From an uncultured Thermoleophilia bacterium (lineage in GTDB: Bacteria > Actinomycetota > Thermoleophilia > UBA2241), in assembly GCA_963736645.1 (NCBI GenBank), contig CAVTPJ010000008.1, forward strand, positions 653,325-717,324: a DNA stretch of 64,000 nucleotides. The letters are read 5' to 3'. This document shows positions 57,184 to 64,000 of this stretch, in pieces. The notes under the pieces were generated by a model. That model ran no database searches. It was not told the DNA's origin and worked only from the letters and a program-made list of their open reading frames with translations. Made by a program: the position numbers and the translations under genes. Position 1 is the first letter of the stretch, and each line of letters opens with the position of its first letter.

Positions 57184-58590
57184 ATGGACCGCTCGTCACG
57201 CGTTCGACCGCCAGGAGTGGAGCACAGACGTACAGGGATCGCGATCGTCGTGCTGGCGGTACTGGTCGCGACACTGTTCCTTGCGGCGACGGCGGGCGCT
57301 GGCCCCCGGCGCATCCTCGACACCTCCGCGCTGCCGACGTACGCCGTGAACGTCAACGGCAGCGGCGCATCCGTCGACTCCGCCATGGCTGTTCTGGCCG
57401 ATCGCAGCGGCGCCTGGGTCGCCGGCTGGGCCGGCAACGCCAACGGTGACTGGGACGCGACCCTGACGAGGGTCACGTCCGTCGGGACGGTGAGGCCGCT
57501 CAAGCGCTACGACGGGTCGGCACACAAGAACGATGCGTTCCTCAAGATCGCCAGAGGCCCCAACGGCACCGTCTACACGGCCGGGTGGACGACGGCCGCC
57601 AACGACAAGACCGACATGCTGGTGGAGAAGTGGTCGAGCAGCGGCAGCAGGATCTGGGCCAAGAGGTACGATGGCGCGGCGCATGGCAACGACGCGGCCG
57701 CGGCGCTCGGCGTCGACAGCGCAGGCAACGTCACCGTGGTCGGCACATCGGATGGCGCCACCGGTACCAGCGACTACATCGTCGTGAGGTGGTCGTCTCG
57801 CGGCGACAGGAAGTCAGTCTGGCGGTATGACGGGAGCGCGAAGCTCGCCGACGCCGCGAGCGATGTCGTGGTCTCCGGTGCGGGCACCGCGTTCGTCACC
57901 GGCAACATCAAGGTCACCGGCCCCCGGGACGCGATCCTCACGGTCAAGTTCTCGCCATCGGGCGTCAAGCTCTGGCAGAAGACCTACCTGGGCACGAACA
58001 GCCTTGGCGCCGGCGCCAGCGCGATCGTCGCGCGGCCAAGCGGTGGCATCTACGTTGCCGGCTGGACGCAGGTCGCCGTAGCCAACAAGGACGCGCTCGT
58101 CCTCCGCTACACGAGCTCGGGGTCCCCGCAGGCGGTCCCGCCGGCCGCACAGCCCGGCGACCAGATGCTCAACGACGTCGCCGTCACCACGGCGAAGCGG
58201 ATCGTCGGTGTCGGGTATGACACCCAGCTGGGGAACGCGCAATGGTACATCGCCGAGTGGCCTTCGGAGACCGGTGCCGCATCCCTGTCCGCAAGCAGCG
58301 GCAGTCCGTGGGATGACGCCTTCACCTCAGTCGCCGCCGACTCTACCGGAGCCTACTGCACGACGGGCTGGCAGCGTACCGCCGCTGCCGCGAGCGAGAC
58401 GATCACCTACCGTATCCACCGCTTCCCGAGCGCGGCCACATCGGGGTTCCTCGGAGTATGGAATCTCGGTCCCAACTACAACAACGGCTATGCCATCGCG
58501 ATCAGCGGCAACACCGTCTACGTGGTCGGCAGTGGGTATCTGAACGGGGCCGAAGCCTACAACCAGACGATCCTCATCTACGCGTACTGA
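57184..58590 (+). CDS. secreted SBBP beta-propeller repeat protein
   Basis: Signal peptide and more than 6 repeats of about 45 aa with the RYDG...D.A.A..VDS.GNV.V.G pattern (SBBP repeat). Confidence 0.6.
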   Translation: MDRSSRVRPPGVEHRRTGIAIVVLAVLVATLFLAATAGAGPRRILDTSALPTYAVNVNGSGASVDSAMAVLADRSGAWVAGWAGNANGDWDATLTRVTSVGTVRPLKRYDGSAHKNDAFLKIARGPNGTVYTAGWTTAANDKTDMLVEKWSSSGSRIWAKRYDGAAHGNDAAAALGVDSAGNVTVVGTSDGATGTSDYIVVRWSSRGDRKSVWRYDGSAKLADAASDVVVSGAGTAFVTGNIKVTGPRDAILTVKFSPSGVKLWQKTYLGTNSLGAGASAIVARPSGGIYVAGWTQVAVANKDALVLRYTSSGSPQAVPPAAQPGDQMLNDVAVTTAKRIVGVGYDTQLGNAQWYIAEWPSETGAASLSASSGSPWDDAFTSVAADSTGAYCTTGWQRTAAAASETITYRIHRFPSAATSGFLGVWNLGPNYNNGYAIAISGNTVYVVGSGYLNGAEAYNQTILIYAY

Positions 58591-58824
58591 GATCTGACGG
58601 TCCGCCTCCTCGGCGGACAGGCGGGAGCGACAGCGGGCGGGCCGGCCGGGAGGCCGGCCCGCCCGGTCGTTCGTGCGGCGCCCGGTTCGGACACCGGCTG
58701 TCGGCGCGTTTGGCGGCGGGAACGATTCGAAGCGGCGGCGGGGTTCGTGGTATCATCCCGCTTCGGCCTTCAGGGGCCGTGCATGCGCGACACTACCGGG
58801 TTTGCTCAGAAGGGATCCGCACAG

Positions 58825-59145
58825 ATGAAGAAGGACATCCACCCGCAGTACGAAGAGGCGACCGTACGCTGCAGCTGCGGCAACACGTTCACCACGCGCA
58901 GCACCAAGAAGGAGCTGCACGTGGAACTCTGCTCCCAGTGCCACCCGTTCTACACTGGCAAGCAGAAGCTCGTCGACTCTGGCGGCCGCGTGGACCGCTT
59001 CAAGCGGCGTATGGAGAAGCGGGCCGAGCCGGCTCCCAAGAAGCAGCCGAAGCCCAGGGCTCCGAAGGCCGAGGCTGCGAAGCTCGAGCCGGTGGCCGTC
59101 GCCGCCGAGGCCGCACCCGCCGAGGCCGAGAAGACCGAGTCCTGA
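58825..59145 (+). CDS. rpmE: 50S ribosomal protein L31 (Zn-ribbon type) with K/A/P-rich C-terminal extension
   Basis: MKKDIHPQY...CSCGNTF...[10 protein letters not shown] core, then about 35 aa of basic/Ala-Pro tail. Confidence 0.85.
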   Translation: MKKDIHPQYEEATVRCSCGNTFTTRSTKKELHVELCSQCHPFYTGKQKLVDSGGRVDRFKRRMEKRAEPAPKKQPKPRAPKAEAAKLEPVAVAAEAAPAEAEKTES

Positions 59146-59155
59146 CGGGGCAGCG

Positions 59156-59935
59156 ATGAAGAGCCCCCGCAGAAAGGCCGGCGAAGGCGAGCCTTCGTGC
59201 GGGGCGGCGCTCCGCGTCAGTCTCCTCCAGCACACCCCCGACCCGGATCGCGCCGTAGCGATCGCGGGTCGGCTCTGTTATGCCCCCGTCTCCGCCGCCG
59301 ACCTGAAGCAGGAGATGAGCGGCGAGGACGTGGCCAAGCTGGTGCGCATCCTGGTGCGCAGCGGTCACCACTCGGCGCTCGAGCACGCCACCTTCAGCTT
59401 CGCCGTGGACGGGGTCAGCCGCGCCTGCACGCACCAGCTGGTCCGCCATCGCGTGGCCAGCTACAACCAGCAGTCGCAGCGCTACGTGAACTTCGGCGCA
59501 GGCGACAGCTTCATCGTGCCGCCGAGCATCGCCGGCAACGACGAGGCCTGGGCGGTCTTCCTCAAGGCCATGGAGGACGCGCGCCTCGCCTACGACCGGC
59601 TCGTCGAGCTCGGCCTCGCCGAGGGACGTACGCGGGAGAGCGTCCAGGAGGACGCCCGCTTCGTGCTGCCCAACGCGGCCGAGACCAAGATCGTGGTGAC
59701 GATGAACGCCCGCGAGCTGCGCCACTTCTTCCGGGTGCGCTGCTGCAACCGAGCCCAGTGGGAGATCCGCGACCTCGCCTGGCAGATGCGCGGAATGGTC
59801 AAGGACCTCGCTCCCAACCTCTTCGAGGGCAGCGGGCCCGGCTGCCTGTACGGCACGTGCCCGGAGGGCAAGATGACCTGCGGCAAGCCCTACAAGCCCG
59901 AGGACGTGGACGGGCCGGCCGCCGCGCGCGGCTGA
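59156..59935 (+). CDS. thyX: FAD-dependent thymidylate synthase
   Basis: ThyX motif RHRxxSxxxxSxRY (HRVASYNQQSQRY); 259 aa. Confidence 0.85.
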   Translation: MKSPRRKAGEGEPSCGAALRVSLLQHTPDPDRAVAIAGRLCYAPVSAADLKQEMSGEDVAKLVRILVRSGHHSALEHATFSFAVDGVSRACTHQLVRHRVASYNQQSQRYVNFGAGDSFIVPPSIAGNDEAWAVFLKAMEDARLAYDRLVELGLAEGRTRESVQEDARFVLPNAAETKIVVTMNARELRHFFRVRCCNRAQWEIRDLAWQMRGMVKDLAPNLFEGSGPGCLYGTCPEGKMTCGKPYKPEDVDGPAAARG

Positions 59936-59968
59936 GCCCCGGCCGCGCGGCAGCCGCACGCCTCCGAC

Positions 59969-60922
59969 ATGACCCGACGTCTCGCCCTCATCGCCCTCGT
60001 GCTGCCGGCCCTGGCGGCGCGCCGCGCCCAGGTCGGCGGACAAGCCGTTATCGAGGGCGTCATGATGCGCGGGGTGGACTGGTGGTCGCTCGCTGTGCGC
60101 CGCCCCGACGAGACCATAGGCCTCCATCACTGGCCGCTCGAGAGCTGGATGAAGCGCTATCCCGTCCTCAAGGTCCCCGTCGTGCGCGGCGTGGTGGCCC
60201 TCGTCGAGTCGCTGGCGATCGGCGTGCGCGCCCTCACCATCTCCGCCAACGAATCGCTCGGCGAGGAGGAGGAGAAGCTCGGCAAGAAGGAGATCGGCGT
60301 CACGCTGGTCATCGCCTTCGCCTTTGCCATCGGCCTCTTCTTCATCGCCCCGCTCTTTCTCACCGGGCTGATGGAGCGCTGGCTCGGCGAAGGCTTCCTC
60401 TTCTGGCTCGTCGAGGGTTTCGTGCGCGTCGGCATCTTCCTCGTCTACCTTGCGATCGTCACCCAGATCAAGGACCTGCGCCGCGTGTTCGAGTATCACG
60501 GCGCGGAGCACATGAGCATCCACGCCCTCGAGCACGGCGAGGAGCTCACGGTCGCCAACGTCGAGAAGTACAAGACGCTCCACCTGCGCTGTGGTACGTC
60601 CTTCCTGCTCATCGTGCTGGTCGTGTCGATCTTCGTGTTCGCCGTGGTCGGCCGGCCGGTCTGGTACCTGCTGATCCTCAGCCGCATCGTGCTGGTCCCG
60701 CTCATCGCCGGCATCAGCTACGAGATCATCCGCTACGCGGGGCGCCACGAGAGCAGCAGAGTCGTCCGTGTCATCATGGCGCCCGGCCTTGCGCTGCAGT
60801 GGATGACCACCAAGCAGCCGGACAGCTCGCAGATCGAGGTGGCGCTTGCCGCGCTCGACAAGATCATCGAGCTCGAGCCGCAGGACCGCCCGCCGGTGAA
60901 GGGCGTGGAGGTCATGGCGTAA
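59969..60922 (+). CDS. DUF1385 (YqhQ-like) membrane-associated protein
   Basis: QAVIEGVMMRG start motif, HGAEHM motif and TM segments typical of DUF1385; conserved position upstream of prfA. Confidence 0.7.
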   Translation: MTRRLALIALVLPALAARRAQVGGQAVIEGVMMRGVDWWSLAVRRPDETIGLHHWPLESWMKRYPVLKVPVVRGVVALVESLAIGVRALTISANESLGEEEEKLGKKEIGVTLVIAFAFAIGLFFIAPLFLTGLMERWLGEGFLFWLVEGFVRVGIFLVYLAIVTQIKDLRRVFEYHGAEHMSIHALEHGEELTVANVEKYKTLHLRCGTSFLLIVLVVSIFVFAVVGRPVWYLLILSRIVLVPLIAGISYEIIRYAGRHESSRVVRVIMAPGLALQWMTTKQPDSSQIEVALAALDKIIELEPQDRPPVKGVEVMA

Positions 60923-60931
60923 GCTAGCCGC

Positions 60932-62017
60932 ATGGCCACGATCGACGACCTCATCACCGAGATCGAACGCTCCTACGACGAGCTGAACGCCCGGCTCGCG
61001 GACCCCGAGGTGCTCGGAGACCGCGCGCGCTACGCCGACGCCGCGCGCGCCCACGCCGAGCTGCAGGCCGTTCACGAGCTCACGCGGCACTACCGTGAGG
61101 CGGAGCGGACGGTCGCCGACGCCGAAGGCCTCCTCGGCGACGACTCCTCCGACACGGAGATGCGCGACTTCGCCCAGGCGGAGCTCATCGACGGCCGCCG
61201 CCGTCTGGACGAGCTGAGCGAAGAGATCCGCGTGCGCATGCTCACGCGCGACCCCAACGACGGCAAGGACGTGATCATCGAGATCCGCGCCGGCACCGGC
61301 GGCAACGAGGCCTGTATCTTCGCCGGCGAGCTCGCGCGGATGTACACGCGCTACGCGCAGGCCAAAGGATTCGAGGTCGAGATCCTCTCGGCCAACGAGA
61401 ACGACGACGGGGGCTACAAGGAGCTCACGCTGGAGGTCAAGGGCCAGGGAGCCTTCTCGACGCTCAAGTACGAGGGCGGTGTGCACCGCGTGCAGCGCGT
61501 GCCGGTCACCGAGGCCGCCGGCCGCATCCACACCTCCACCGCCACCGTCGCCGTCCTGCCGGAGGCCGAGGACATCGAGGTCGACGTCCACGCCGGTGAC
61601 CTGCGCATAGAGATCTTCCGCGCCCGCGGCCCGGGGGGGCAGAGCGTCAACACCACGGACTCCGCGGTGCGCATCACGCACGTGCCGACCGGCGTGTCGG
61701 TGAGCTGCCAGGACGAGAAGAGCCAGCTGCAGAACAAGGAGAAGGCCATGCGGATCCTGCGCGCCCGGCTCTTCGATCTGGAGCAGGCCAAGCAGGATGA
61801 GGAGCGCGGGGCCGCCCGGCGCACCATGGTCGGCAGCGGGGACCGCTCGCAGAAGATCCGCACCTACAACTTCCAGCAGAACCGCGTGAGCGACCACCGC
61901 ATCGCGCTCACCAGCCATCGCCTGACCGAGGTGATGGAGGGTGAGCTCGACGAGTTCACGGAGGCCCTCGCAGCCGAGGACCGGCGCAAGCAGCTGGCGG
62001 CCGCCGGCGGGGAGTGA
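60932..62017 (+). CDS. prfA: peptide chain release factor 1
   Basis: GGQ motif ([19 protein letters not shown]), PxT-type recognition region; 361 aa. Confidence 0.9.
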   Translation: MATIDDLITEIERSYDELNARLADPEVLGDRARYADAARAHAELQAVHELTRHYREAERTVADAEGLLGDDSSDTEMRDFAQAELIDGRRRLDELSEEIRVRMLTRDPNDGKDVIIEIRAGTGGNEACIFAGELARMYTRYAQAKGFEVEILSANENDDGGYKELTLEVKGQGAFSTLKYEGGVHRVQRVPVTEAAGRIHTSTATVAVLPEAEDIEVDVHAGDLRIEIFRARGPGGQSVNTTDSAVRITHVPTGVSVSCQDEKSQLQNKEKAMRILRARLFDLEQAKQDEERGAARRTMVGSGDRSQKIRTYNFQQNRVSDHRIALTSHRLTEVMEGELDEFTEALAAEDRRKQLAAAGGE

Positions 62018-62054
62018 GGCGCCCGGAAGGCGTGACGCGCGCCCTCCCTTCGGG

Positions 62055-62081
62055 TAGAATCAGACCAGTCGTAGACCAGTC
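62055..62081 (+). promoter_or_regulatory. putative promoter (-10 TAGAAT) and tandem direct-repeat operator of the antitoxin-toxin pair
   Basis: TAGAAT at 62055-62060 immediately followed by AGACCAGTC-gt-AGACCAGTC (62062-62070 and 62073-62081), then RBS GAGAGG and the antitoxin ATG. Confidence 0.35.
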
Positions 62082-62096
62082 TGAGAGGTGACGATC

Positions 62097-62339
62097 ATGA
62101 CCACCGTCGGTGCCTACGAGGCCAAGACCCATCTGCCTGAGCTCCTCAAGCGTGTGGAGAACGGAGAGCACATCACCATCGCGCGGCACGGCACGCCTGT
62201 CGCCGTGCTCGTGCCCGCCGGCGAGTACCCCCGCAAGGACCCTGCCGCGGCGGTGGCGGCGCTCAAGGAGTTCGCCCGCGGACGTCGCCGTGGCGATTTC
62301 GACATCCGGGCGGCCATAGAAGAAGGCCGCAGGTACTGA
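62097..62339 (+). CDS. type II antitoxin, Phd/YefM (prevent-host-death) family
   Basis: 80 aa (ATG 62097; alternative GTG 62088); YefM-like N-terminus (VGAYEAKTHLPELLKRVENGEHITIARHGTPVAVLVP). Confidence 0.7.
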   Translation: MTTVGAYEAKTHLPELLKRVENGEHITIARHGTPVAVLVPAGEYPRKDPAAAVAALKEFARGRRRGDFDIRAAIEEGRRY

Positions 62340-62340
62340 C

Positions 62341-62748
62341 GTGTTCGTGCTCGATTGCTCAGTGACGATGGCGTGGCTCTTCGACGACGAGGACGACCCC
62401 CAGGCCGCTGCGGTGCGCGACCGTCTCGACGCCGACATGGCGCTGGTCCCGGCGATCTGGCCGCTGGAGGTTGCGAACGCCCTGGTCGTCGCCGAGCGGC
62501 GCGAGCGTGTGAGCAGAGCCGAGGCGTTGCGCTTCCTGGAGGTGCTGCGTCGGTTGCCGATCGACGTGGGCGCCATGCCGAGCCTGGTCGCGATCGAGGG
62601 TGCGCTCCAGATCGCCCACGAGACAGGCCTGTCGCTCTACGACTCCGCCTACCTCGACCTCGCGGCGACGCAGGGGCTGCCTCTGGCGACGCTGGACCGG
62701 CGACTGGCTGGGGCCGCCGCGCGCGTGGGCGTGGCGCTCTGTGAGTGA
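62341..62748 (+). CDS. vapC: type II toxin VapC (PIN domain RNase)
   Basis: 135 aa, PIN acidic residues (VLDCSV...D..E...D); 1 nt after the antitoxin stop. Confidence 0.75.
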   Translation: MFVLDCSVTMAWLFDDEDDPQAAAVRDRLDADMALVPAIWPLEVANALVVAERRERVSRAEALRFLEVLRRLPIDVGAMPSLVAIEGALQIAHETGLSLYDSAYLDLAATQGLPLATLDRRLAGAAARVGVALCE

Positions 62749-63655
62749 GAGCGAGTCCGCCGTGACCGTGGCGGACGCTGTGAGGGACGCCGGGCGGCGG
62801 CTGCGGGACGCAGACGTCACGCGCTCACCGCGGCTGGACGCCGAGTTGCTGGTGGCGCGGGCGCTCGGCCTGACGCGCGCCGACCTCCTCAGGGAGCCGG
62901 AGCGCGAGCTCAGCGCTGACGAGGCCGCGGAGTCGGAGAGGCTGCTGCGCCGCCGCCTCGCGCGTGAGCCGGTCGCGTACATCCTCGGCCACCGGGCGTT
63001 CCGCACCATCGACCTCGAGGTGACCCCGGCGGTGCTCATCCCGCGTCCCGACACCGAGACGCTCGTCGACGTCGCGCTGGAGGAGCTGCGGACGGTGCCG
63101 CTCGCCGGCCCTCATCCGGAGGACGAGCCGCTGGCCATCGACGTCGGCACCGGCTCCGGCTGCATCGCGCTGGCGCTGGCCGCCGAGGACCCGTTCGTGC
63201 ACGTCCTCGCGACCGATGTGGACCCCGACGCGCTGGCGGTGGCGCGCGGCAACGCCGTGCGCCTCGGCCTGGCGCGTCGCGTGGAGTTCGTGCTCAGCGA
63301 CCTCTTCCAGGACGTCGGTGAGCGCGTGGTCGACCTCGTCGTCAGCAACCCTCCGTACATCCCCGCCGACGAGTACGCGGCGCTCGAGCCCAACGTCCGC
63401 GACTACGAGCCGCGCCTGGCGCTGTACGGCGGGACCGACGGCCTCGACTTCTACCGCCGCCTGATCCCCGGCGCCGCGCTCCTGCTGCGCGCCGGCGGGA
63501 CGCTGGCGCTGGAGGTCGGCGCCGGGGAGGCGGACGACGTGGCCGGCATCATCGACGCCGCCGGCGCCTACGAGATGCCGGAGCGGCGCAGCGACCTCTC
63601 CGGCGTGATCCGGGTGGTCTTCGCGCGCCGCCGCGGCGCCAGGGCAGGGGCCTGA
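62741..63655 (+). CDS. prmC: release factor glutamine methyltransferase (HemK)
   Basis: NPPY motif (VVSNPPYIP), SAM-binding DVGTGSGCIAL; GTG 62741 overlaps vapC by 8 nt. Confidence 0.85.
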   Translation: MSESESAVTVADAVRDAGRRLRDADVTRSPRLDAELLVARALGLTRADLLREPERELSADEAAESERLLRRRLAREPVAYILGHRAFRTIDLEVTPAVLIPRPDTETLVDVALEELRTVPLAGPHPEDEPLAIDVGTGSGCIALALAAEDPFVHVLATDVDPDALAVARGNAVRLGLARRVEFVLSDLFQDVGERVVDLVVSNPPYIPADEYAALEPNVRDYEPRLALYGGTDGLDFYRRLIPGAALLLRAGGTLALEVGAGEADDVAGIIDAAGAYEMPERRSDLSGVIRVVFARRRGARAGA

Positions 63656-64000
63656 TGGCTCGCGCCGAGAAGGCGCGCGCGGTCGTGCTCAGCTCACGCC
63701 CCTTGGGCGAGGCCGACCGCATCGTCCGGCTCTTCACACGCGAGCTCGGTCGCGTGGACGCCGTCGTCAAGGGCGTGCGCAAGACCACCTCGAGATGGGG
63801 TGGCCGGCTGGAGCCGTTCAACGTGTGCGATCTCGTGCTCCACCCCGGCCGGTCCCTGTACACGGTGACCCAGGCGCAGCTGGTGGACGTGTTCGCCCGG
63901 CTGCGCTCCGACCGCGAAGCGCTGACCGCGGCGGCGATCGTCTGCGAGGCCGCCGCCGGCCTCACGCCGGAGCACGAGCCCGAGGAGCGCGTGTTCGCGC
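63655..64000 (+). CDS. recO: DNA repair protein RecO (N-terminal part, truncated by window end)
   Basis: OB-fold N-domain pattern (AVVLSSRPLGEADRIVRLFTRELGRVDAVVKGVRK); ATGA overlap with the prmC stop. Confidence 0.7.
   Translation, partial: MARAEKARAVVLSSRPLGEADRIVRLFTRELGRVDAVVKGVRKTTSRWGGRLEPFNVCDLVLHPGRSLYTVTQAQLVDVFARLRSDREALTAAAIVCEAAAGLTPEHEPEERVFA

Overview
This is a 64 kb chromosomal window of about 72% GC with a Firmicutes-like core gene order: gltX-cysS-rlmB-yacP-sigH, rho-rpmE-thyX-prfA-prmC-recO, and a GerMN-domain lipoprotein. Most of it is housekeeping: gatB, a leuA/cimA-like synthase with leuC-leuD-leuB, tldD/pmbA, pyrE, lysA, hom, pfk and Rho. The stand-out feature is a complete but dispersed pyrrolysine (Pyl) system. 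It comprises pylB-pylC-pylD immediately followed by a tRNA-Pyl gene (CUA anticodon), and a split bacterial-type PylRS with pylSn on the plus strand and pylSc on the minus strand. Between pylSn and pylSc sit a radical-SAM gene and a stand-alone cobalamin-binding corrinoid protein; no methylamine methyltransferase is present in the window. A second unusual module is a glycolysis-linked cluster (pfk, archaeal-type iPGM, glycogen debranching enzyme) ending in cyclic 2,3-diphosphoglycerate synthetase plus 2-phosphoglycerate kinase, an extremolyte pathway known from hyperthermophilic methanogens. Other items are a tungsten aldehyde:ferredoxin oxidoreductase operon with a polyferredoxin and a MoaD-like GG-ended carrier, a VapBC pair inserted between prfA and prmC with an operator-like direct repeat, and tandem CwlO/RipA-like NlpC/P60 paralogs separated by a perfect 19-bp hairpin. 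Further corrinoid-related genes are dispersed through the window (a B12-binding radical-SAM enzyme, DUF1638, CobO). Many long ORFs in the six-frame track are antisense GC-frame artefacts and were not called.
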